From contig CAWCKW010000003.1 in the NCBI GenBank assembly GCA_963796285.1, forward strand, positions 1-64,000: a stretch of 64,000 nucleotides of DNA, read 5' to 3'. The notes under the pieces are model-generated. The model was not told the origin of the DNA. It searched no databases and saw only the letters and a program-made list of their open reading frames with translations. The stretch comes from Nitrospirota bacterium (GTDB lineage: Bacteria > Nitrospirota > UBA9217). A program made the translations under genes and the position numbers. Of the stretch, positions 41,407 to 52,033 are shown piece by piece (position 1 is the first letter of the stretch; every line of letters begins with the position of its first letter).

Positions 41407-41442
41407 GTGACTTCCCGAGTTATGACTTCGGTTCGATGGGCA

Positions 41443-42060
41443 TCAATCCAGGATTTTGAGGGCGTAGCAGCACATATGGTCGTCGAGGACCTTGTCCACG
41501 ACCTCCCGGGCCACACCGCTTTCCTTCAACCACTTTTCCGCGAACCCCTTCTTGCCGGACCCGGACTTGCACCCGAGCTGTATGACCCGGATCTTCTTGC
41601 CGCCGATCTTGATCTTTCCCGCAAACGCGCTCCTCATCGGCTGATGCACGGAGCAGAACGGGCTTACCCCGGCCCCCTCGCCGACCTGGTACTGGTCGGT
41701 GATGTTGCTCTGCTTATTGAACTCCGCGGTGAAATCCGCAAACCCCTCGGGCAGCTTCTCGAACACCTTGGTGTAGTTCTTGATGGACGGGCCGAAGGGA
41801 CAGTTCTTCAGGCCGAAGATGTAGTTGTCCATGTGGGTCGCCTTGCCTTCGATCACCGTGATGGGGTTCGTCGCGTTCTCGATCGCTGCGAGATACGCCT
41901 CGAAGGTCGGGTAGTCGGTCTCCGCGATCCGGTCCGCCGTCTTGATGGCGTTCCGGATCAGCGTCCCCTTGGCGCTTGCCGCGCCGGAGAGCGTGATCAT
42001 GACCTTGATCATGTCGAGAAAACTGATGTGCGCTATATCGAGAATATTTTCGTCACTCAT
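41443..42060 (-). CDS. hypothetical Cys-containing protein, copy 2
   Basis: 3 aa differences from copy 1. Confidence 0.75.
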   Translation of the reverse strand: MSDENILDIAHISFLDMIKVMITLSGAASAKGTLIRNAIKTADRIAETDYPTFEAYLAAIENATNPITVIEGKATHMDNYIFGLKNCPFGPSIKNYTKVFEKLPEGFADFTAEFNKQSNITDQYQVGEGAGVSPFCSVHQPMRSAFAGKIKIGGKKIRVIQLGCKSGSGKKGFAEKWLKESGVAREVVDKVLDDHMCCYALKILD

Positions 42061-42259
42061 AATTTACTCCCCCCTAACCCGGACAAGCCGGAACCAAGCA
42101 AATCTTTTTCTCGCAAAGACGCAAAGGTCGCAAAGGGGTAAATCATTAATCCTGCCTTTCTTGGCGCTCTTTGCGTCTTTGCGAGAGATAAGGTTTTCTC
42201 TCTTTCGTCTTACTCTTAATCCGATGGTATCCTGTTATCCTGTCAAAAAAGGATTTCCA

Positions 42260-43441
42260 TTATATCGCGGCCGCGAGCGCAAGTTCGTGGCTGTGCTTCT
42301 TCAGCTTCAGCCGGATCATGCCGAGGTTCGCTTCCCGGTCGGCGACGATCACCAGAAACGCGTCCTCGCCGATCGGCGAGAACATGACCGGGCCCTTCTC
42401 GAACTCGATCATGTTGATATGCATGGCGCCTTTGTCGAGCTGTCTCCCCATGGACGAGGACGCGCCGAAGCCGCTCGAGGCGATCGCGCCGATCATTTCC
42501 CGGTCGATGCCGCTCCGCGCGATGCTGTCGAGCAGAAACCCGTCGCGCGCGACGAGGCAGACGGCTTCGATGTTCTGCATCTTCGCCAGCTCGCTCAATA
42601 TTTCCCGTGTCGTTGCCATATGCTCCTCCTTAGTTGATGCCGCTACCGCGGCTTTGTGCTCTTCATGCTCCATGCTCCGTATCTCCGCCTTCGGCGCTTC
42701 GGCCTGGGGGGCCGGCGCGGGCGCGGAATCCGGCTGACGGTCGCCGGAAGCTTTGTTCCGCTCATCCCACACACGGAAACCTTCAAGCAGAATATAACCC
42801 AACGTAGACTTGATGTTTCTGTCTTTTATGGTACAGACGCTCTCAATCTCGATGGCGGCGTCGTCCCAGCAGACGATGTCGAGCGCGGCCTTCTCATGAG
42901 CATCCAGGCCATTGACGGCGTCCATCAGCACGCCTTCCAGAAAATACAAGGACCCTTCTCGTCCGCGCGACGAGATCCTGAGCGTGCAGGTCTTCTTCTC
43001 CATCTCAACGAGCTGAATAAATGCCGGCAGCGTTATCCCCTTGATGTAGCCCCTCGCTACCGCCTGAAGTTCGGAGAAAATTGCTTCGACAAAATCCTGA
43101 AATTCTATCGGCTTTTCCAGGATCTTGAAGTTACCGATGCTCTTCAGGCGGGACTTGATATCGGGCGTACCATATGCGCTCACGACGATCGCCGGGATGC
43201 CGGGATAATTTTTTGTCATGTGAGCCAGGAGGCCAAATCCGTCCAGTTCCGGCATCTTCAGATCGGTCACGACCAGGTCGATATTGTGCGTTTTGAGTAC
43301 GTCCAGCGCAACCCTGCCGTTCGGAGCTGACAGAGTATTAAAGTCGGACGCATACGCTTCCAGCCCTTGCAGCAGGCTGAGCAGGTAGGACTTTTCGTCA
43401 TCCACGATCAGCACATTTTTCATTGAACCGTTCTTTCCCAT
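42260..43441 (-). CDS. receiver-DUF4388-Roadblock/LC7 fusion protein (paralogue)
   Basis: Same architecture with a divergent N-terminal two thirds and a near-identical roadblock domain. Confidence 0.85.
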   Translation of the reverse strand: MGKNGSMKNVLIVDDEKSYLLSLLQGLEAYASDFNTLSAPNGRVALDVLKTHNIDLVVTDLKMPELDGFGLLAHMTKNYPGIPAIVVSAYGTPDIKSRLKSIGNFKILEKPIEFQDFVEAIFSELQAVARGYIKGITLPAFIQLVEMEKKTCTLRISSRGREGSLYFLEGVLMDAVNGLDAHEKAALDIVCWDDAAIEIESVCTIKDRNIKSTLGYILLEGFRVWDERNKASGDRQPDSAPAPAPQAEAPKAEIRSMEHEEHKAAVAASTKEEHMATTREILSELAKMQNIEAVCLVARDGFLLDSIARSGIDREMIGAIASSGFGASSSMGRQLDKGAMHINMIEFEKGPVMFSPIGEDAFLVIVADREANLGMIRLKLKKHSHELALAAAI

Positions 43442-43455
43442 AGTATTTATTCATA

Positions 43456-43471
43456 TGCAATGGTCATGCCA
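43456..43471 (-). promoter_or_regulatory. sigma54 -24/-12 promoter
   Basis: Minus strand TGGCATGACCATTGCA (GG-N10-GC), next to a sigma54 activator gene. Confidence 0.8.
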
Positions 43472-43688
43472 GTGATAAGTCATGCGCCACAAGCTTGACG
43501 CGCGAATGAGGACCATCGATAAATCAATGAGTTTGGTCTTATGAAGGTCCTGAGTGATGTTGTTTGGGAGAGGCGTAAAGATAGGTTAGTCTGAATAATT
43601 CAAAATGCTATAGCAGTTTAAACAACGAAATACCGGGTCTCGCACTGCTCCAGCCGGCTAAATGGTCCAATAAATGAAGACCGCGACA

Positions 43689-45062
43689 TCAATCGATCCG
43701 ATATTTTTTCAGCTTCCGTTTCAGCGTGGTCAGGGATATACCCACGGCGCGCGCAGCGCGGCTGAAATTGCCGCCATGCTCTTCAAGCGCGGCAAGGATG
43801 TGCCGCTTCTCCACCTCGTCCATGGTCTTGAGCGGACCCGGCGCTGCCGTTGCGGATGGCATCGTGCGCCCCCGGGGAGGCGGGGGACCCTTCACAACAG
43901 ATGACCTGAGAAATTCGGACGGCCGCAGGTCCGCTCCTTGCTGCAGGATGATGGCGCGCTCGATCACATTCCTGAGTTCCCGGACATTGCCGGGCCAGTC
44001 ATACTGCGCAAGCTTGGCAAGCTCGCCGTCTGCGAGGCGCACGCCCTTGCCCTTCGTTGTTCTGCTGATCAGGAAGCCGCAGAGCTCTGCGAGATCGTCC
44101 TTTCGTTCACGCAGAGGAGGCAGGTGCATCTTGATCACGCTCAGCCGGTAGAAAAGGTCCTCGCGGAATTTTCTCTCCCGGATCCCCTTCTCGATGTCCA
44201 CACTGGTCGCGGCGATGACCCTGACCCGGGCATGAAGGAGCGTCGTGCCGCCGAGCCGCCTGAACGTGCCGTCATCGAGCACGCCTAATAGCTTTGACTG
44301 GAGCGAAACAGGCAGTTCGCCGATCTCATCCAGGAACAAGGTCCCGCCCTCAGCCACCTCGAACAGGCCTTTCTTCATGCCGACAGCGCCGCTGAAGGCC
44401 CCCTTTTCATGGCCGAACAGTTCCGCCTCGATAAGATTTTCAGGAAGCGCCGCGCAATTGATGCCGATGAACGGCGCATGTCTCAGGGGACCGCGAAAAT
44501 GCACCGATCGCGCTGCAACGTTCTTTCCTGTCCCCGTCTCTCCGGTTATGAGCACCGGCGCGTCCGCTGTTGCGGCCAGGTCGATCAGGCGGAGGATTTC
44601 CCGGATCCCGGAGCTCTGCCCCACGAGGACGTTTTCGGCGCTTTCCACGTCGGAGCGGTAATTCTGGAACTGCTCCACTTTTTCCAGGTCAAGCGTCCGC
44701 AGCGCCTGCTTCAGGACCAGGTCGAGTTCCTCCAGTTCGAACGGCTTCGACAGATAGTCGAACGCGCCGGCCCGGACCGCCTTGACCGCGTTCTCAAAGC
44801 TCGGAAATGCGGTCGTAAAGATGATCTTGGTCTGGCTGTTGCGCTCCAGAATGGACGCGCAGAGCTCGGCGCCTTCGACGTCCGGCAGTTTCTGATCAAG
44901 CAGCACGATGTCGATCTGGGTCGACGAGCAGAGGTCGAGGCAGTCCTTGCCGGTGTGCGCAAGGTAGACTTCGATCCCGTCCGTCCGCATGTAATCCCGA
45001 ACGGAGAACGCGAAGTTCCTGTCGTCATCCACGATCAAAAGGTTGGTCTTCGCCTTATGCAT
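43689..45062 (-). CDS. NtrC-family sigma54-dependent response regulator
   Basis: REC, 'GETGTGK', 'GAFSGA', 'WPGNVRELRN', Fis-type HTH. Confidence 0.95.
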   Translation of the reverse strand: MHKAKTNLLIVDDDRNFAFSVRDYMRTDGIEVYLAHTGKDCLDLCSSTQIDIVLLDQKLPDVEGAELCASILERNSQTKIIFTTAFPSFENAVKAVRAGAFDYLSKPFELEELDLVLKQALRTLDLEKVEQFQNYRSDVESAENVLVGQSSGIREILRLIDLAATADAPVLITGETGTGKNVAARSVHFRGPLRHAPFIGINCAALPENLIEAELFGHEKGAFSGAVGMKKGLFEVAEGGTLFLDEIGELPVSLQSKLLGVLDDGTFRRLGGTTLLHARVRVIAATSVDIEKGIRERKFREDLFYRLSVIKMHLPPLRERKDDLAELCGFLISRTTKGKGVRLADGELAKLAQYDWPGNVRELRNVIERAIILQQGADLRPSEFLRSSVVKGPPPPRGRTMPSATAAPGPLKTMDEVEKRHILAALEEHGGNFSRAARAVGISLTTLKRKLKKYRID

Positions 45063-46140
45063 GCCGGTTCTCGCCCGCGGGCAGGGTCATGGTGACTGTT
45101 GTCCCCGCGTTTTCCCGGCTCCCGATCTCTATCGTGCCGTCCATCTTCAGAAGCATTTTTTTCACAATGACCAGCCCCAGGCCGGTCCCGTGGCTCTTCG
45201 TTGTGGAGAATGGCTGAAACAGGTGCTTCTGCTGCTCTTTAGGGATCCCCCTGCCGTTGTCCATGACCGTGATTGCGATCCGGTCCCCGGAGCGGGACGC
45301 GGCGATGCCGATCACCGGATCAGCGATGCCGTCAAGCGCGTCAAAAGCGTTCGTCAGGAGGTTCAGCATGACATGCTGGAGAACGCGCGCATCGAAAAAA
45401 CCGTACTCCACATCCTGGGTGAATGCCGTATCGATCCGGATGTTCCTGGCGCTGAAATCCCGCTTCACAATGGAGAGGAGGTTCTCCATGAACGACACCA
45501 GAGGTACCTCGCTGCATTCCGGATTCTCATACATGCTGAAGTTCTTCAGGTCCTTCAGGAGCACCTCCACGCGGGTAATATCGGAAAGCACGCGGTCGAT
45601 GAATTCGCCTATCAACTCCCTGGAGTAGGTATTCAGGTTTTTTTTGCATACGGTCACCGTCGTTTTTATGGAATTGATCGGGTTGCCCAGCTCGTGACGG
45701 ATGCCGGAAAAGATATAGCCGAGGTTGTTCATGGTATTGACCGCTTCCGCGATGGCATTGAGCCGTGTTTTTTCGGTTATATCCGAAAGATAGATCCAGA
45801 GATAAGAGTCGGAAATGACATAGATGGAATATCCGATGAACTTGCGGCCATGCCGTATGGTAAGCGGTCCCAGGGTTTGTGCATAGGTGATCGGCATTTT
45901 TATGTTGGAAATAAGGACCGAGGCGAGCGCTTTGTAGTCTTTGGGTTTTATTGTATCACGGAAGACGTCAATGGCAAGCTTGTTCTGAAAAAAAACCTCC
46001 TGTTTCACGATATCGAATCCGATGATCCCGATGCTGATATCATCGAGGATATTGGCGTAGATGCACTCTCCCAGACAGGGGGTCTTGCTGATCGGACAAG
46101 TCCGGCCGTCCTGCCGGTGAAAACAGGTATCCGTGATCAT
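45055..46140 (-). CDS. cytoplasmic sensor histidine kinase
   Basis: H-box 'RHELGNP'; N, G1, F and G2 boxes; N-terminal Cys cluster (C-x7-C-x6-C-x3-C). Confidence 0.92.
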   Translation of the reverse strand: MITDTCFHRQDGRTCPISKTPCLGECIYANILDDISIGIIGFDIVKQEVFFQNKLAIDVFRDTIKPKDYKALASVLISNIKMPITYAQTLGPLTIRHGRKFIGYSIYVISDSYLWIYLSDITEKTRLNAIAEAVNTMNNLGYIFSGIRHELGNPINSIKTTVTVCKKNLNTYSRELIGEFIDRVLSDITRVEVLLKDLKNFSMYENPECSEVPLVSFMENLLSIVKRDFSARNIRIDTAFTQDVEYGFFDARVLQHVMLNLLTNAFDALDGIADPVIGIAASRSGDRIAITVMDNGRGIPKEQQKHLFQPFSTTKSHGTGLGLVIVKKMLLKMDGTIEIGSRENAGTTVTMTLPAGENRHA

Positions 46141-46322
46141 AAGCTCTCCTTATGCTCTGCGTCTGCCGTACGAACGATTACTTCAGCGCGGAATCCATTC
46201 CGCGAGTAACCTCGTTGTTGATGAACCTGCGGATGATCTCTCCCACTCGGAGAAGCCTTCAGGAAGTGTGCGACCCCTGCGGGGCAGGTCACCTTTTTTT
46301 GCTCATCATGAACAGGCCTTCT

Positions 46323-46634
46323 TCAATTGCCGCGAACTTTGAACAGGACCGCGCTGATCTTATCCATGCGGACCACGGCATCATAGAAGTCTCTGCCGGA
46401 GACCTTCGAGATATGCACGAGGCTGTCCCCGATCTTGCTGACCGTGCCTTCCAGCGTATCGCCGGTATCCATGCGCACGATCACCCTCTTGTTGATATTT
46501 TCCGACAGTATGTCCTTGACCGTTGCCGCCGCGGACTTCATTTCGTACTTCTGTTCATCGGCAAAAACGTTGGGAGCATGCACCGCCATACCGCTCACCA
46601 TAAGCACTGCAACACACAGAATATTTTTTATCAT
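46323..46634 (-). CDS. exported hypothetical protein, possibly Sm-like
   Basis: GAGGAGG RBS, signal peptide, 'SGRDFYDAVV'. Confidence 0.7.
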   Translation of the reverse strand: MIKNILCVAVLMVSGMAVHAPNVFADEQKYEMKSAAATVKDILSENINKRVIVRMDTGDTLEGTVSKIGDSLVHISKVSGRDFYDAVVRMDKISAVLFKVRGN

Positions 46635-46679
46635 GAAGATCCCCTCCTCGAAATGTGGTCGTTGATCTGCTCGACCTCC

Positions 46680-46980
46680 TGCTGTTGAGAACGCTCGAGA
46701 GCATGGCAACACCTTGCTCTGTAAAAGCGAAAGGAAGCGCGCCACCGAAGAATTTCTTGTGTGGTATCACAGTCTGTGATACCAGCACTTCGGCCTCGGC
46801 AGCGGTCAACGGGAACATGAAATCCTCCGCGAATCTCTCCTCATTCCTCTTAACCGCCTGGTTCAATGCTCTCGTTTCAACACCATAGAGTTCGGCGAGG
46901 TGTGGACTCAGAATAACCTTCTGACCGCGAATAATCAGTATCCTCCGTTCAATTGCTTCAATCGCCATAATTACCTTCAT
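46680..46980 (-). pseudogene. 3'-truncated ORF6N protein
   Basis: ORF6N motifs up to 'VAMLSSVLNS', then homology stops. Confidence 0.75.
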
Positions 46981-47092
46981 CCGATCTCCTTTTTCAAGGA
47001 CCCCGTAGCATAAATTAAGAAGTAAGAAAGGAAAAGTAAGGGAGCCGTTAGGTTCTTACGGCCTGACCTTGAGAATATCACACGCGCTCCTT

Positions 47093-47437
47093 TTAAGGTC
47101 TTACAGCGCTGCATTGTTCGTTTATTGGCATTCCCGTATTTGATACGACTTGAATACACCGATCGTCCCAAAGTTCCAGCATCGCGAAGTCCTTTATGTT
47201 CGTGACTTCAAGACGCGGCAAACCGTGCTTTTCAAGCCAATCATGGATAAACGGGATTTGTTCCGGCACGCCTGCCCGTGCTGTGAAGATCTTAACAATA
47301 ACACCTTGTGATACCCATGCGTTGACACGGGCCATCATGGGCTGAATAGGCTCTCCGATATGCTCAATGCCTTTCCATTCGTCATAATGAGCAAGCGTCC
47401 CGTCCAGATCAACACCGACCCAGTTATTGTTTGACAT
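47093..47437 (-). CDS. small HAD-superfamily phosphatase-like protein
   Basis: 'VDLDGTL', 'FTAR', 'WDDR'. Confidence 0.8.
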   Translation of the reverse strand: MSNNNWVGVDLDGTLAHYDEWKGIEHIGEPIQPMMARVNAWVSQGVIVKIFTARAGVPEQIPFIHDWLEKHGLPRLEVTNIKDFAMLELWDDRCIQVVSNTGMPINEQCSAVRP

Positions 47438-47919
47438 TCAATCTCTCCTGTTCTTAAACAATACTTCACGGCTGCTATTATGTCCGTCTTACAAATTCTA
47501 TTTCGCGAAAGGGTGAAACTGATCGGCCGACAGCAGGAAGAATATAACAGAATGCGCTAAATAGCAAGCAGAGTTGATTGGTTCAGGGGTCAGGGGTCAG
47601 GGGGATGCAGTGCGGAATTCGGAATGCGGATTTCGGAATGGAAACATCTGCGTGCTCCGCGGTGAACATCTTGTTACACAACAAGAAAGAGAACCAGGGA
47701 ATCGCACAAACATGGTCGAGCAGCAATACAACCTTCGTCGTAGATATGCCCTGAGCAGCCGCTTCCTGTCCCCTTTTTCCCTCTTAATGCTGATATCCTG
47801 TTGTTCTCTCCCGTTTCCCGGTACGAGTGCTATACTATCAGTATGAACACGTGAAAGCAGGCGTGAAGCAGGGTTCTCAACCCTTTTGAGAATAGTGACG
47901 GAAGAAAGGAGTAATAATT

Positions 47920-48447
47920 ATGAAAGAGGAACTCACAAATAGGAAAGGCTCGATCCTGACGACGGTTCTGGTGGGCGGTGCCGTGGGGGCCGGGTTAGCG
48001 CTCGTGCTGGCGCCGAAATCGGGAAGTGAGATCAGGAAAGACCTGAAGCGGGTCGCCAACCGGTTCACACATGCCGTTGATATCGGCAAGGACCTCTACG
48101 GAGAGGGCAGAGAGTTTGTCGGCAAAGCCGTTGAAGCCGGCAAGAAGGCCTACGTGGAGGAAAAGCCCCTTGAGCCCATAATCAGTGAGAGGGGCTCACT
48201 CGTGGTACCGATCCTGGCGGGCGGTATCATCGGGGCAGGCATTGCGCTCCTGCTGGCGCCGAAGTCGGGAAGCGAGACCAGGGCTGACCTGAAGCAGTTC
48301 GCATCGACCACACGGGAAAAGGTTGGGTCCGCCATTGATAAGGGCAAGGACCTCTACGTGGCAGGCAAAGGCGCGATCACGGAGGCCGTGGTAGCAGGCA
48401 AGAAAGCGTACATCGAAGAGAAGGAGGAAATTTTGCGTGCAATGTAG
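47920..48447 (+). CDS. YtxH-domain protein, copy 2
   Basis: Same length as, and highly similar to, 9431-9958. Confidence 0.85.
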   Translation: MKEELTNRKGSILTTVLVGGAVGAGLALVLAPKSGSEIRKDLKRVANRFTHAVDIGKDLYGEGREFVGKAVEAGKKAYVEEKPLEPIISERGSLVVPILAGGIIGAGIALLLAPKSGSETRADLKQFASTTREKVGSAIDKGKDLYVAGKGAITEAVVAGKKAYIEEKEEILRAM

Positions 48448-48726
48448 CAACAGGCGGTTCCGGGAGTGCGCTCGGAGGGTGATGCTTATGCCCCCTGAGT
48501 GCATTTCAGGGACGTGGCTTCCTTCGTTGCATAACGCTTATTCGACCACTCGCTCCAGACTCAATAGGTCTTTACTCAAGACATCCCCCGCTTCCCGCCC
48601 GTCCGATACACTACCCGGCTCTCATTCACCCCGTTAGAATTTGGAAACGCTTCAATCGTTTTATAAATATCTTTTGCCCATGCCTGTCTTTAGATATTTT
48701 TCACGTGCCGTAGCATCTTGTTCATG

Positions 48727-49527
48727 CTATAACTGTTCCGCTCGCCGGATCACCCAGAAGTCGTCCGACAGGTTCCTGTCCGCTAGGTACGCGTAGGGGA
48801 TCGTAAAATAGCCCTTCATACCCCAGTCCGTTCCCCAGGAATTTCTGACGATGAACCGTTTTTTTGAGTCATTGTATCCCACGGCCAATACCGCGTGGCC
48901 GCCCACCACGCGCTCGGCGGACTTCGGCATCGGCACGACGCCGGTCCGTGCGACCTGCTGCGTTTCGAAGCTTTCATACACCGTGAATCCGAACACAAAG
49001 GGATAACCTTCGGCAAGACAGGCGCGCATCTGATCGACGGTCAGGAGGCGCTGGTATGAAATGATCTGGTGCCACAGCCCTTCCTTGTAGCAAGCGGGGC
49101 CCGGCTTGACGGCGAACTTCGCTATCACATAGGGCCATTTCCCCTCGGAACAGACCCCCTGGTGTTTCAGCGTCTTGATGCCGTCCCGGATCATCGCGCC
49201 TGAATCGGATCTCACGGAATGCTCGATAACGCGCTCGTTATAATAAATGAAAAGCCTGCTCAGATCTACAAAGCGGATGTTGTCTTTCTTTTCCAGGAAT
49301 TCCAGCGAGCCCGCCAGGGCATTCCCCGTGCAACTGCCGAGGTCCCCCTGGTTTTCCACGGGCGGGCACTGCTGTCTCAGATCGATCGCGGATGGGAGTA
49401 TCGCGGGCACCATATGCACCGCGCCGTACAGGTGATCTCGCTGGTCCGGTAAATCCGGCATCCAGCCGTAGCGGCGTTTTTTGGCATTGCCCTTTTTTGC
49501 CTTACTTGTCTTCTTTTTCACTACCAT
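48727..49527 (-). CDS. papain-like C1 cysteine peptidase
   Basis: 'NQGDLGSCTG', 'GGHAVLAVGY', 'RNSWG'. Confidence 0.93.
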   Translation of the reverse strand: MVVKKKTSKAKKGNAKKRRYGWMPDLPDQRDHLYGAVHMVPAILPSAIDLRQQCPPVENQGDLGSCTGNALAGSLEFLEKKDNIRFVDLSRLFIYYNERVIEHSVRSDSGAMIRDGIKTLKHQGVCSEGKWPYVIAKFAVKPGPACYKEGLWHQIISYQRLLTVDQMRACLAEGYPFVFGFTVYESFETQQVARTGVVPMPKSAERVVGGHAVLAVGYNDSKKRFIVRNSWGTDWGMKGYFTIPYAYLADRNLSDDFWVIRRAEQL

Positions 49528-49631
49528 ATCATCTCCTCCTTGGGTCGCTGTTCAGATTTTTAAAACCCACCACAGAGAACTCAGAGAAACGTATTTGATC
49601 TTAGTAAGTTCTGTCTTTCCAGTCGCGCGCT

Positions 49632-51110
49632 TCAGAAACCCCCGCATACCTCGTCGATTAACTTCGCGTCAATCACCACCCGCAGCGGCTGCCATGACGG
49701 ATCGAGACGTTTCATCCCGGCAACGAAATCATCGGAGTTCATGAGAAGATACCCTGCTGCCGCGCGAAGAAGATCGATGGTTTTTTCAGGCAGAGAGAAT
49801 GACGTTGGAAGCGCCTGCAGGCATCGGCGCAGGCGCGGATCGGGGATATCGTCGAAGGTCAACTCGGCAAAGGTAAAATCAGTGGTAAGCGGATTATTGA
49901 TCTGCGCTGCATTGGGGCAATTCTGCGCAAGGCGCTTGTTGCAGGAATCAACCGTGTGGGCCAGCTGCTTCATCTGTTTAAAATGTCCATCGGTCATTTC
50001 GAGGCTGTCATAGGAAACGTCATCCATCGGTCCATTCATGATCACATCGAGGACAGCGCCGATACCGGGAGGTGAACTCCTGGCATCCCAGGTCCCCTGC
50101 TTGGTAGTCTTGGCATTGACCGCTATAACCATCAGTCTCCCCAGTTGCCCCAGATTAGCGGCTTTCAGTATGCTCCAGGCGCTGTCGGTGGTGGTTATTG
50201 CCTGAAACGGTCCCCGCAGGCCCAGGTTGTCAGATATGCCGCCGTCCAGGAGGTGGGCAAAGCGACGATCAGGGTCGCGGTACGATTGCGCGGCAAAGGC
50301 TTCGGAAACCCGGCGCTTTGGGTTTTTCTCCCGGTCCAGGCCAAGTTCAACCCACAGGGGAAGCGGTCCGCACTGCTCCTTATAAATGTCCACGGTAAGA
50401 GGGGCGAACGCAACTGGAAAATTCGAAGAAGCAGCCACGGCCCGGGAAAGGTTCACGCCGGAGAGATCCGAGCAAAGCAGGTCGAATTGGTCCTGGGTGA
50501 ACTCGAAGCGGTGGGCAACGCTTATGTCGGTGGCATTCAGCACCAGAAACGGCACGCTCCCTTTGGGCTTCTTGAGCAGGTCACCAAATGTTTTCCCCTC
50601 GAAAATCGTGTTGTTGTAATATTCATCTGCCAGGTCTATTCGGCTGAAGTCCGGCGAGGCAAGCCTTATCCAATTATAAGGATTGAACAGCCTCACAAGA
50701 AGCCCGCTCTGAATGTTTCGCTTGAGGAATTGGTCAGGGAAATCGCTGAAAAATCGTTCGGGAAAGAGGGCGTAGTACGTAGAGGTGAAGCTCCCGCCGG
50801 AAACCGACGAGATGATCTCCACATCGTCGAGGAGACGCCGCTTCGAGCCGTCATGAGAAGTGTATTCCACTAGCCTGAGTTCTTCCATCAATCCGAAGGA
50901 AAAGGCCGCGGCGCGCGTTCCGCCTCCGGAAAACGCCAGAAGAACGAAAGGCCTGTCGCTCGCAGGCTGCCGGCGCACGACGCTGTAGCGGTAACCGGCA
51001 TCCGGTGAAATGGCATCAAGGCGAGGGTTATCTGGATAATGAGCGCACCCGCCAATGATCATTGCCACAACTATGGAAAGGCGCTTCAGACCACAGCTTT
51101 TTTTCTGCAC
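49632..51110 (-). CDS. patatin-like phospholipase, lipoprotein
   Basis: Lipobox IGGC, 'SGGGTRA', 'SVSGGS', 'DGG'. Confidence 0.9.
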   Translation of the reverse strand: MQKKSCGLKRLSIVVAMIIGGCAHYPDNPRLDAISPDAGYRYSVVRRQPASDRPFVLLAFSGGGTRAAAFSFGLMEELRLVEYTSHDGSKRRLLDDVEIISSVSGGSFTSTYYALFPERFFSDFPDQFLKRNIQSGLLVRLFNPYNWIRLASPDFSRIDLADEYYNNTIFEGKTFGDLLKKPKGSVPFLVLNATDISVAHRFEFTQDQFDLLCSDLSGVNLSRAVAASSNFPVAFAPLTVDIYKEQCGPLPLWVELGLDREKNPKRRVSEAFAAQSYRDPDRRFAHLLDGGISDNLGLRGPFQAITTTDSAWSILKAANLGQLGRLMVIAVNAKTTKQGTWDARSSPPGIGAVLDVIMNGPMDDVSYDSLEMTDGHFKQMKQLAHTVDSCNKRLAQNCPNAAQINNPLTTDFTFAELTFDDIPDPRLRRCLQALPTSFSLPEKTIDLLRAAAGYLLMNSDDFVAGMKRLDPSWQPLRVVIDAKLIDEVCGGF

Positions 51111-51337
51111 TTGAACGCTACCTCCACGGGTGAAATCGGGTCGGTATCATTTATTTCGATCTTGACCTGTCGTGGAGTACATTTTTTCTTGTCAGGGCAC
51201 TGTAAGGCAATGGTGTGCAGGCCAGCGTCGCATTGTTTAGTCAGCAGGTTGCCGGCGCTGTCCTTGGTAGGACCCTGGTCGCTGCCATCGAGAATCACTC
51301 GTCCTATTACAGTGCAGCGGCATAGAAAGAACTCCAT
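51086..51337 (-). CDS. small hypothetical protein
   Basis: AGGAGG before MEFFLC; overlaps the patatin start. Confidence 0.6.
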   Translation of the reverse strand: MEFFLCRCTVIGRVILDGSDQGPTKDSAGNLLTKQCDAGLHTIALQCPDKKKCTPRQVKIEINDTDPISPVEVAFKCRKKAVV

Positions 51338-51749
51338 TGAGAACCTCCTGTGCAATAGTGCATCGGACTCTTATGACATTTAAGGGCATTTCCTAGTGAT
51401 TCCAACCCGAGCGGCTCGAAGACATCGGGATCGGGGAGGTTGTCAATTTCTTCAAAGAATAAGTCCTTGAGCCAGCAGAACCGCCCTCAGGACCCAGTTT
51501 GGGGCCTTTGTTGCACCCGTTGCGTACCGCCCGGTTACGCTCGTTGCTAATGCCGAGAATTTTCCTTTGAAAGGCTGAAAGGTCGCTCATGGTTCTCCGG
51601 GATGTTGACTGTCTGGAAGGGATGCCACATAGTGATACTGACCGATTGAACAGTAAGAAGAATATAATAGAATTCGCTAAATTGCAAGCAGAGAGGTGGT
51701 TGGTGTCCAGAAAAGAGGTGAGAGATTGCCGGTGTATGCGACAACGACG

Positions 51750-51905
51750 AAAAAAAAGCCCCTCATCTTCAAGGGGCTTTTGCACTTCATTTAACTTTGT
51801 TGGATGGTGAAATGGGGCGGCGGACATCAAACAGATTGTCCAACCTCATGGAATCATTTCAGTATTTTCAATGCTATTTTTCGACTTACCCCTAAAGCTA
51901 CCCCA
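51750..51905 (-). mobile_element. degenerate att site: copy of tmRNA 3' end and terminator plus arm-like repeats
   Basis: Homologous to 54661-54735, followed by TACCCCTAAAGCTACCCC. Confidence 0.7.
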
Positions 51906-52033
51906 AAACATTCTATTTGCCGTACCAATAATCGAAGTTATTAGTGCCCCATCAGGGCGATAAAAAAAAGAAGCCACTGCACTCTCAAGTGGATGCAACC
52001 GCAGCGTAGTTTACACGGCACGGGAAACCGCTA

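Larger units (their letters stand above)
39402..42722. repeat. direct duplication of ~1.28 kb (39402-40681 and 41443-42722)
   Basis: Near-identical sequence at offset 2041 with scattered substitutions. Confidence 0.95.
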
